From IMG/VR virus record IMGVR_UViG_3300045988_020191, positions 1 to 42,639 of that record: DNA of 42,639 bases. One strand, 5' to 3'. A program made the translations under genes and the position numbers. Positions 14,010 to 20,721 of this stretch are shown here, one piece after another. How positions within the stretch are numbered: position 1 is the stretch's first letter; every line of letters starts with the position of its first letter. The notes below the pieces were generated by a model, which saw nothing but the letters and a program-made list of their open reading frames with translations, was not told the origin of the DNA and ran no database searches. Source of the DNA: a virus.

Positions 14010-15020
14010 ATGCCAATTACCGTATATTTTGAGCACGGCCGCGTTGCGGAGTTGTTTCCAGAACCAAATCAATCGTATTACGACGTGCGCGATAAGATCA
14101 ACGCGGCGACTGATATAGTGTCTGATGGAATAAAATACGATTTGACCGATAAGCAATCGATTTATTCTATCGCCATTCCTGACTATACAAAAGTACGCAA
14201 TGTACTCCCTTCAAAAGAATTAGGCCCAACAGGGTATCTTGAATATGTGTTGAGAATGCACGCTGGTTTTCTGTGGAATGCCGGAGATTACCAGCTATCA
14301 ATGGCTTGCCTTGAAAAATCTTGCCAGTTGATGACATATTCCACACTTGGGTGGGAGCGAAAAGACTTTTATAGGGTTGTCAATTCTTATATTGAACTTG
14401 GTCGATTTAAAAAAGCAAAAGAGTGGAAAGACTGGATAGATAACCACACAGAATCTCCGGAAGACTATGCAAAAGACGCATTTGCAAGAACGCTTGAATC
14501 GTGTAAAAGACTTAAAACTGATTTAGTAGAGGTTGGCGATTCAAGCGCGTGCTGTGAAATTTGCGCGAAGTACCGGAGGCGGATATATAGCTTATCTGGA
14601 AAAAGTTGGAAGTTCCCAAAGTTTCCAGATGATTTCCATTTTCAATGTGCTCTTGGGATATTTGCCTATATTGATGGTGTTTCCGAGCCGTCTTTCAAAT
14701 GCATTAGTCCATCTCTGTATAGCAAACGACCATTTCGCGATGATCGAACAGAAGAAGAAAAGGAAAATTATAGACTTTGGTTAGAACGTGTTGAAAAGTC
14801 TTACAATCCGATCAATGAGCCGAATCTAAATCATATTATTTATTATTGGTTCAAGCCTAAATTCCCCGACGACTTCCCAAAATCTCTTTCTGGCTTTTCT
14901 CGCATGCGAAACGGTAACACAGCAAATTATCAAAAGCTGGCACAGAAGATTGAGGATGCGGGGTATACCATACCTAAATCATTAGATGAAGTCGCAGAAT
15001 GGGAAGAGCGGGAGAATTGA
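14010..15020 (+). CDS. AT-rich cargo gene: 336-aa protein with a Cys/His cluster, unknown function
   Basis: ORF track. AGGTGA lies 7 nt upstream of the ATG. Contains DSSACCEICAKYRRRIYSLSGKSWKFPKFPDDFHFQC. The gene is visibly AT-richer than the rest of the genome and has its own terminator. Confidence 0.7.
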   Translation: MPITVYFEHGRVAELFPEPNQSYYDVRDKINAATDIVSDGIKYDLTDKQSIYSIAIPDYTKVRNVLPSKELGPTGYLEYVLRMHAGFLWNAGDYQLSMACLEKSCQLMTYSTLGWERKDFYRVVNSYIELGRFKKAKEWKDWIDNHTESPEDYAKDAFARTLESCKRLKTDLVEVGDSSACCEICAKYRRRIYSLSGKSWKFPKFPDDFHFQCALGIFAYIDGVSEPSFKCISPSLYSKRPFRDDRTEEEKENYRLWLERVEKSYNPINEPNLNHIIYYWFKPKFPDDFPKSLSGFSRMRNGNTANYQKLAQKIEDAGYTIPKSLDEVAEWEEREN

Positions 15021-15048
15021 AAAGTTGCAAGGCGGTATAGCTTAGATT

Positions 15049-15086
15049 GGCCCCGCCGCCCTCTGCAACAAACGGCGGGGCCTTTT
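15049..15086 (+). terminator. rho-independent terminator
   Basis: Perfect 10-bp stem GGCCCCGCCG (15049-15058) / CGGCGGGGCC (15073-15082) followed by TTTT. Confidence 0.8.
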
Positions 15087-15252
15087 CGCAGCCAGCGGGA
15101 AGCGGTCGCCGCTGCATGTTTTGACCATACTCCGCTTTACCTTGGCAATTCAACACCGAAACATTGCAATAAGACAGCGCTCGACGTAATTCGACAAGCC
15201 ATCATCTTGCGACTCCGCGGCGCGAAAATCGAAAAAAATTAAGGTGGCGTAA

Positions 15253-15645
15253 ATGAACATTCAAGAAGTGTGTAAATCCCGTAAAGAAGAACTGAAACTA
15301 ACCTATCAAGACATTTCCGATGCTTCCGGCGTACCGCTGTCCACCGTGCAAAATTTCTTTTCTAAGTTTTCCAAAGCCCCGTCTATATACACCGTCGCGC
15401 CCATCTGTAAGGCACTGGGAATATCCATTGACGAAATATTCGGAATTTCCGAACACTTGACACCAACCGAGGAAACCTTGCAAGCGCGGAATGATGAGCT
15501 GGAGCGTCACGTTGACGCCAAAGCGGATATGATCGAGATCATGCGGCGTGGAGTGCGTATCCGCAACGGTGTGATTGCTATAATGTTTGTCATTATCGTC
15601 TTTCTGGCCGCGTGGTGCTTGTACATTGATTGGAGGGGGATTTGA
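15253..15645 (+). CDS. membrane-anchored XRE-family HTH protein
   Basis: 130 aa. N-terminal HTH (LTYQDISDASGVPLSTVQNFF) and C-terminal TM segment (VIAIMFVIIVFLAAWCLYI). Its stop overlaps the integrase ATG (TGATG). Confidence 0.7.
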   Translation: MNIQEVCKSRKEELKLTYQDISDASGVPLSTVQNFFSKFSKAPSIYTVAPICKALGISIDEIFGISEHLTPTEETLQARNDELERHVDAKADMIEIMRRGVRIRNGVIAIMFVIIVFLAAWCLYIDWRGI

Positions 15646-16658
15646 TGAAAATACCAAAAGCAAAACTACTACCGTCCGGAAACTGGAATGTCAGCGTCAT
15701 GGTAGACGGAAAGCGGGTGTCCGTCACAGCGCCTACCAAAAGGCAGGCGGAAAACGAAGCCGCCGCATTGAAGTCCGGCGCGAAGTCTGCCGCTCGTGCG
15801 TCTGAGCGAACGGTTGGCGATGCTATCGACCGATATATTGACAGCAAGGACGCGATACTCTCCCCCTCCACCGTCAACGGGTACAGAAAACTGCGCAAGG
15901 TGGTTTTCCCCGAGCTGATGAGCGTTAAGTGCTCCGCGTTGATGCAGGATCGCGTGCAGCGTGCCGTAAATAAGATGGCACGGGAAAAGTCCCCGAAGTA
16001 CGTCCGCAACGCTTACGGCCTATTCACGGCGGCAATGTCGGAGGAATGTCCCGATAAGGTGTTCCGCATATCACTCCCGCAGAAGGAAGCGCCTAAAATT
16101 AAAATCCCTACCATGGACGAGATCAGAATTCTGCACGAAGACTGCAAAGGCACAGATTTTGAATTGCCTTTCCTGCTGGCTGTCTGGCTCGGCCTCCGTA
16201 CATCGGAGATCAGAGGTCTGACATGGGATTGTCTTGACGGCGATATATTAACGATCAGGCAAGCAATGGTAGACGGTGAGGACGGTCCGCAGCTCAAGCA
16301 GCCAAAAACTTACAGCGGCAACAGAAAGCTGAAAGTGCCGCCGTATATTATGGGGCTGATTGAAGCAACACCGCGCACAGATGAGTATATTGTCCATGCA
16401 ACCAGAAATGTCCTGTATAAGCATCTGCAACGCGCGTGTGCCCGCTGCGGAGTTCAGCTGTTCCGCTTCCACGACCTTCGACATGTAAATGCGTCGGTCA
16501 TGCTCAGGCTCAACGTCCCCGATAAATACGCAATGGAGCGTATGGGGCACTCCACAAACAACATGCTTAAAAACGTATATCAGCACACCATGGATGATAA
16601 AGCCGTAGCAGTGGCAGATGCCGTTGACGGCTTTTTTGAATCCGAATTTCATCTGTAA
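15645..16658 (+). CDS. int: tyrosine recombinase / phage integrase
   Basis: ATG at 15645 after GGAGGGGG. Catalytic-type motifs GLRTSEIRGL, HDLRH and GHSTNNMLKNVYQH. Confidence 0.9.
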   Translation: MKIPKAKLLPSGNWNVSVMVDGKRVSVTAPTKRQAENEAAALKSGAKSAARASERTVGDAIDRYIDSKDAILSPSTVNGYRKLRKVVFPELMSVKCSALMQDRVQRAVNKMAREKSPKYVRNAYGLFTAAMSEECPDKVFRISLPQKEAPKIKIPTMDEIRILHEDCKGTDFELPFLLAVWLGLRTSEIRGLTWDCLDGDILTIRQAMVDGEDGPQLKQPKTYSGNRKLKVPPYIMGLIEATPRTDEYIVHATRNVLYKHLQRACARCGVQLFRFHDLRHVNASVMLRLNVPDKYAMERMGHSTNNMLKNVYQHTMDDKAVAVADAVDGFFESEFHL

Positions 16659-16683
16659 TTCCATCTGCAATTCATCTGCAAAA
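16650..16683 (+). repeat. three tandem CATCTG(C/T)AA(T/A)T repeats (candidate integrase arm-type sites)
   Basis: Read directly: copies at 16650-16660, 16662-16672 and 16673-16683. Confidence 0.7.
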
Positions 16684-16770
16684 TACGTGCTTTGATGGGA
16701 AATAACTTGCGAATATCGCAAGTAATGCGCAAATAGATAAGCCCGAAAACCCTTGCAAATACAAGAAAAA

Positions 16771-16801
16771 CCCCGCAGTCGTTGAAACTGCGAGGTTTTT
16801 T
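16771..16801. terminator. bidirectional hairpin terminator between int and the tRNA fragment
   Basis: CCCCGCAGT (16771-16779) / ACTGCGAGG (16787-16795) with one mismatch. There is an A-run upstream and a T-run downstream. Confidence 0.65.
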
Positions 16802-16804
16802 CTT

Positions 16805-16838
16805 TGGTGGAGGCGGCGGGAGTCGAACCCGCAACCAA
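16805..16838 (-). other. attP core: 3' fragment of a tRNA gene (T-arm + acceptor strand + CCA)
   Basis: The minus strand reads GCGGG TTCGACT CCCGC CGCCTCC A CCA, with no matching 5' half upstream. The acceptor strand GGAGGCG and discriminator A suggest a Tyr-like class II tRNA. The inner boundary is uncertain. Confidence 0.7.
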
Positions 16839-16877
16839 ATCCGCAAAAGCATTGATATTACAAGTGTTTTTGTAACT

Positions 16878-16900
16878 CATCTGCAATTCCATCTGCAATT
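16878..16900 (+). repeat. two further CATCTGCAATT repeats on the other side of the attP core
   Basis: Read directly: copies at 16878-16888 and 16890-16900, in the same orientation as the left cluster. Confidence 0.7.
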
Positions 16901-17220
16901 TACTTTTCCAGTTTCCGCATGACGCTATTATAGACGCGCTCGTTTACAATTTTCAAGCTGTCCATCAGCTCATCCATGATCTCCCATGCCTTGTCCGGCG
17001 GAACATCTGCCACTGCGCGCAGAAAATCGCTGTCGCCGTATGTTTCGACGCTAACCGGCGCGGGCGCTGCGGAGTATGCCATTGGCAAAACCCTCTCTCT
17101 GCTACCGCTTTGCTGGTCACGGATGGCATACAGCACGGCAAGGCGCTCATAGTTTGTCCAGCTTGATTCTTCCGTCTCAAGGCGGGCTATCCAGCGATTG
17201 ACCTCATTTTCGTCGACCAT
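16900..17220 (-). CDS. hypothetical protein (106 aa)
   Basis: ORF track. Last gene of the att-proximal operon. Confidence 0.55.
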   Translation of the reverse strand: MVDENEVNRWIARLETEESSWTNYERLAVLYAIRDQQSGSRERVLPMAYSAAPAPVSVETYGDSDFLRAVADVPPDKAWEIMDELMDSLKIVNERVYNSVMRKLEK

Positions 17221-17235
17221 AGGGGTGCACCCCCT

Positions 17236-17589
17236 TTAGCCCTCAATCGTGTCCATGCAGCGCTGGATAGCTCTGCGGATGCTTTCATCGTCGGCGTTGT
17301 CCAGCATTTCCTGCAACTGGCGTTTCATGTTGTCGATGCCGCCGTCGCGGGAATAGTGGCCGCGCACATAATGCGTGCCGCGTCTGCCTCTGCCGCGCAT
17401 ATCGTACTCGTCGCGGCGGCTGGAATAGCCGTCATCTTCCATCGCTTCGATTTTGTCGATGTTTTTGATGGTATCAGTCAGCTTATGCACGATGTCAAGA
17501 TCACCCGCGCCAAGCTCGCCCTTGCGAGTGATTTCTTCCAGCTCCTTGCAAAGCATGTCGCGCAGATCATACATAGATTTCATACCCAT
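17236..17589 (-). CDS. hypothetical charged protein (117 aa)
   Basis: ATG at 17589 (MGMKSMYDLRDML...) preceded by AAAGGAG. Contains an R/G/Y-rich central tract. Confidence 0.55.
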   Translation of the reverse strand: MGMKSMYDLRDMLCKELEEITRKGELGAGDLDIVHKLTDTIKNIDKIEAMEDDGYSSRRDEYDMRGRGRRGTHYVRGHYSRDGGIDNMKRQLQEMLDNADDESIRRAIQRCMDTIEG

Positions 17590-17603
17590 TGTGTTCTCCT
17601 TTC

Positions 17604-18026
17604 TCAGCTCACGCGGTCGATTGTCAGGTTGCTGTTGGCAAAGTTGACCGCCTCCGCACTGGTGTTCTTCGCCGCAACGGTCACGCAACAGCCGCGCGGC
17701 ACCTCCACGATGGCGCTGACGTAGACGTTAAAATAGTTCTCCACCGCAGCGGGTGTGACGGTCGCCGTGGCTCCGTTGAGTGCTTCGCCGTTGACAGCGA
17801 GCGCCGTGGTGATCGCGCCTACCGTTCCACCCGTGGGGACAGCGATGTTTGCGCCAAAGCTCACCTTGAAGCGCGCCTTGCACTGCTGCGTCAGCCCGCG
17901 CAGGGTGACAAGCCCGCTGCCCTCGCGGTGGACGATGCAGGGCTTGCCGCAAGCCGCCGTGGAGACCATCGGAACATTCTGTCCAGCAGGAACAGTAACA
18001 ATGCCAGCGGTAACGTATTCAGCCAT
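17604..18026 (-). CDS. beta-rich protein (140 aa), possibly a BclA-CTD/C1q-like jelly roll
   Basis: ATG at 18026 (MAEYVTAGIVTVPAGQNVP...) preceded by AAAAGGAGGAG. The pattern FGANIAVPTGGTVGAI...VEVPRGCC...NLTIDRV is reminiscent of small exosporium-type proteins; this is from memory only. Confidence 0.45.
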   Translation of the reverse strand: MAEYVTAGIVTVPAGQNVPMVSTAACGKPCIVHREGSGLVTLRGLTQQCKARFKVSFGANIAVPTGGTVGAITTALAVNGEALNGATATVTPAAVENYFNVYVSAIVEVPRGCCVTVAAKNTSAEAVNFANSNLTIDRVS

Positions 18027-18234
18027 TTTTCTTCTCCTCCTTTTTCCAAGCAGTTGCTGCAAAAGGGGGAATGAAGCCGGATGCAAGTACATCTGTATAG
18101 CTTGGCTTGAAGAGAGCGTCCGCCTTATGCAGCAGATCGGCATAGTTTGTGAGTTCGAACATGCTCATTTCGGACTTATCCATAGCGGCAAGATGGTCTA
18201 CAAATTCTTGCTTCAGATCGTCAATCGTTTTCAT
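18019..18234 (-). CDS. hypothetical protein (71 aa)
   Basis: ORF track. AGAAAGGA upstream. Follows an internal terminator. Confidence 0.5.
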   Translation of the reverse strand: MKTIDDLKQEFVDHLAAMDKSEMSMFELTNYADLLHKADALFKPSYTDVLASGFIPPFAATAWKKEEKKNG

Positions 18235-18250
18235 AAGTTCAGTCCTTTCT

Positions 18251-18283
18251 AAAAATACAGCGGCGGAGCTATTGCCCCGCCGC
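18251..18283 (-). terminator. rho-independent terminator inside the att-proximal operon
   Basis: On the minus strand: GCGGCGG (18283-18277) loop CCGCCGC (18266-18260), then UGUAUUUUU. Confidence 0.65.
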
Positions 18284-18313
18284 GTTGTCGTAGTATCGGC
18301 ACGGGGCCGAACA

Positions 18314-18333
18314 TTTTGTTGACGTCAACAAAA
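18314..18333. promoter_or_regulatory. perfect 20-bp palindrome TTTTGTTGAC/GTCAACAAAA
   Basis: Read directly. It lies in the 131-bp gap between two genes of the operon and contains TTGACG/TTGAC -35-like hexamers on both strands. Confidence 0.5.
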
Positions 18334-18365
18334 CATTGCCAACAAAAAGCTATGCTATGCAGTTG

Positions 18366-19097
18366 TCAGCAGCCGCAACCGGAACCACAGCCGCCGTAGC
18401 CGCTACCCGCCCACGGGTTACAAGTAATGTAGGCGGGGGAAGGACACGGACGAAGCTGCGAAATGAGGTAGTTATTCTGTGCAGCCTGAGACGCAGCCAG
18501 CTTGAGATTCTGGTTCTCGGCCTGGAGGTCAGACAGCTTGCTCTGCGTCAGGAAGTCGAGGATTGCGCGGCTGTTGCTGTTGGCGTTGTCGATGATGTCA
18601 CGTGTGGCGTTCTGTACGGTGTTGCGCGTGTCGCACGCCTGCGCCGCCATGTCATAGCGCACCTGCGCGATAGCCGCGCGATTCTCGCAGCAGCAATTTG
18701 CGGCCTGCATCTGCATGGCGTTGAGCTGCTGCATAAGCGCCGCCTGCTGGTTGCTGCGGGAAAGCTCGGCCTGTGCAAAGCCGTTTGCCATCGCCATGTT
18801 GGTGCCGTTGACAAGCTGCGCCTGCTGGTAAAATCCGTCGCAAAGGCCCTGATTTACGCTGTCGATCTTGCGCTCGACATTGGCAAAATCAGAGGTCAGC
18901 ACATAGCCGTCAACCACGCCGCCGGAATTGCCGGCGTTGTTTCCCCAGCCGTTGCCGCCCCAGCCGCAGAACACAAACAGGAAAAGAATGATGATCCACC
19001 ACGCGCCATCGCCGCCGAAGCCGCCAAAGCCGCTGTTCATCATGCCGGTAGGCGCAACAGGCATAGTGGCCTGAACGCCGCCGTCAGAAAGAGACAT
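18366..19097 (-). CDS. membrane protein with Gly-rich N-terminus, Q/A/N-rich coiled coil and Gly/Cys-rich C-terminus (243 aa)
   Basis: ORF track. The N-terminal region GFGGFGGDGAWWIIILFLFVFCGWGGNGWG includes a TM segment. The C-terminus is NPWAGSGYGGCGSGCGC. Confidence 0.6.
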   Translation of the reverse strand: MSLSDGGVQATMPVAPTGMMNSGFGGFGGDGAWWIIILFLFVFCGWGGNGWGNNAGNSGGVVDGYVLTSDFANVERKIDSVNQGLCDGFYQQAQLVNGTNMAMANGFAQAELSRSNQQAALMQQLNAMQMQAANCCCENRAAIAQVRYDMAAQACDTRNTVQNATRDIIDNANSNSRAILDFLTQSKLSDLQAENQNLKLAASQAAQNNYLISQLRPCPSPAYITCNPWAGSGYGGCGSGCGC

Positions 19098-19163
19098 AGT
19101 ATCACTCCTTTGAAAAATTTTTATTCATCAAATCGTGGCCACGATGTTGATTTATGTTGATGA

Positions 19164-19376
19164 TTACTGCATCAGGCTTTGAAACTGCTTCGCCATCTGC
19201 TGTAGCTGATTAAGCTGCTGCTGGTTTAGCTTACCACTCTGCAAGAGCTTTTCGACCTCGGCTTTGGGGTCGCCCTTGAAATTTGCTTTGAACTGGTTGA
19301 ACTGCTGAACCATCTGGGCAAAGTTCCCCATAGGCCCCTGCCCGCCGCCCAGCGCGGCCATAAACGGGTTACTCAT
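19164..19376 (-). CDS. Q-rich small protein (70 aa)
   Basis: ORF track. Contains NQQQLNQLQQMAKQFQSLMQ. Confidence 0.5.
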   Translation of the reverse strand: MSNPFMAALGGGQGPMGNFAQMVQQFNQFKANFKGDPKAEVEKLLQSGKLNQQQLNQLQQMAKQFQSLMQ

Positions 19377-19812
19377 CGTCTTCGTCCTCCTCGACCTTGC
19401 GTTTCTTCTTACCCTTTATTTCGCCCACAAGCGCCGCCAGACGGTCGAACTCTTCGCGGGTGACAAATTCCACGCCCGGCTTTTGTGGCGCGTTAGGGGT
19501 CGTTTCTGTGCGTTCTACGAGGTCATAAATCTTGAGCGTCGGTTTCCCGCTTGCGTCTGCCTGCTTGAGGTAAACGGTGGGGGCGGTGGAATCCCACAGT
19601 GCTACGGCAGAGTTGGGCGCGATGAGATAACCTCTTGCCTCCTGCTCGCCATTGACCCACTGCACGCCGCCCTGCGCGATGGGGTTCTGCTGCATTGGCT
19701 GCGACATAGGCTGCTGCATGGGCGGCATCTGTGGCTGCTGCATCTGCCGCATCTGCATGAGGTTGTCCGGCATTGGCTGCGGATAATAGGGGTTAAAATA
19801 GGGATATGCCAT
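19369..19812 (-). CDS. protein with P/Q/M/Y-rich N-terminus and acidic-basic tail (147 aa)
   Basis: ATG at 19812 (MAYPYFNPYYPQPMPDNLMQMRQMQQPQMPPMQQ...), 7 nt after GGAGG. Confidence 0.55.
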   Translation of the reverse strand: MAYPYFNPYYPQPMPDNLMQMRQMQQPQMPPMQQPMSQPMQQNPIAQGGVQWVNGEQEARGYLIAPNSAVALWDSTAPTVYLKQADASGKPTLKIYDLVERTETTPNAPQKPGVEFVTREEFDRLAALVGEIKGKKKRKVEEDEDDE

Positions 19813-19814
19813 GT

Positions 19815-20198
19815 TCATTCCTCCGTTTCTTTGACCCAGTAATAAAGCGGGATTTCGTTCTCGCTGTTCCAACTATCGTAAATAACGCCGTCTTGCACGC
19901 ACACGACATGACCGGAGAGCGCGAGAATATACGTCCCGCGCGGGTGCTCATCGGCGAACCTACCGACCGTGTAGCAGTCGGGGCAGGTGTCCGGCATGAT
20001 ATAGCGCCGATACCCAAGCGATCGCAGATACGCGCCCCAGCATGCATTTGCATTGGGTAAGTCGCCGTCAAGGTAGCCCTGTATGCAGAGGGACAAGTAC
20101 ACCTCGCCCCAGTCCTTCCCCGTTGCCTTGCAGATCGCGCGCACGGTGCAGTCGGACACGTTGCGTCCGTTTGGATTCGGGTTGAAATAGCTATACAT
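19815..20198 (-). CDS. putative papain-like cysteine peptidase fold protein (127 aa)
   Basis: ORF track. It has an ordered Cys (NVSDCTVRAI), His (LSGHVVCV) and Asp (YDSWN) arrangement. Weak assignment. Confidence 0.4.
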   Translation of the reverse strand: MYSYFNPNPNGRNVSDCTVRAICKATGKDWGEVYLSLCIQGYLDGDLPNANACWGAYLRSLGYRRYIMPDTCPDCYTVGRFADEHPRGTYILALSGHVVCVQDGVIYDSWNSENEIPLYYWVKETEE

Positions 20199-20313
20199 GG
20201 AAAAGCTCCGCGAAATAGACGTAAGTGCGCAGCTCGTCAGGGTCGGGGAACAGCGTCAAAATGTCCATTGCCATCTGCTCCGTAAAGCCCAAAGCTAAAA
20301 GTCGGTCGTACAT
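20197..20313 (-). CDS. small ORF (38 aa; below ORF-track cutoff), first gene of the att-proximal operon
   Basis: Hand translation: MYDRLLALGFTEQMAMDILTLFPDPDELRTYVYFAELFHV. AAGGAG lies 8 nt upstream. The stop overlaps the next ATG. Confidence 0.45.
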
Positions 20314-20365
20314 CGTTGCATCTCCTTTTGTTGCCTCTATCGTACCGTGGATCGCGCCTTACAAA

Positions 20366-20393
20366 TGGTCATCGTTTGGTCATTGTTTGGTCA
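20366..20393. repeat. three TGGTCA repeats phased at 11 bp (candidate operator array)
   Basis: Read directly: copies at 20366-20371, 20377-20382 and 20388-20393 within TTTGGTCAT(C/T)G units, in the divergent intergenic region. Confidence 0.6.
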
Positions 20394-20414
20394 AAAAAAT
20401 ATTTCAAAAAGCTC

Positions 20415-20443
20415 TTGACATTACGCTAATATTAGCGTATAAT
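20415..20443 (+). promoter_or_regulatory. perfect consensus sigma-70 promoter (TTGACA-17-TATAAT) with a 16-bp palindrome in the spacer
   Basis: TTGACA at 20415-20420 and TATAAT at 20438-20443. The spacer holds ACGCTAATATTAGCGT (20423-20438), a perfect palindrome. Confidence 0.75.
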
Positions 20444-20486
20444 AAGCATGTAAACAAGAGAGGGGAAACCCAAGGAGGATAAAAAG

Positions 20487-20699
20487 ATGGAGAACAGTAG
20501 AAATTGGTACGCGGTTCTAAGAGACAACGAGGACGGCGATTGTGACACAGGTAGCTTTGATTGGGACGAGGCGGTTGAGATGGCAAAGAACATGGGATAT
20601 GAGCGAATCGCCGAAATCAACGGTAACTACGACGAGAACGGCGATCCCACCACTGATACGCTTTGTGTCGCCATGTATATTGCCGGCGAAGACTTCTGA
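20487..20699 (+). CDS. highly acidic small protein (70 aa; 18 D/E vs 4 K/R)
   Basis: ORF track. AAGGAGG lies 8 nt upstream. Residues were counted by hand. Confidence 0.7.
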   Translation: MENSRNWYAVLRDNEDGDCDTGSFDWDEAVEMAKNMGYERIAEINGNYDENGDPTTDTLCVAMYIAGEDF

Positions 20700-20721
20700 G
20701 ACTAAAAAGGAGGAGCGAATC

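Noticed and set aside
16248-16898. Minus-strand ORF of 216 aa spanning attP and the integrase 3' end
   Set aside because: It is an artefact of the CATCTGCAATT repeats (ELQMELQM...) and of antisense integrase sequence. It crosses the tRNA fragment and the terminator.
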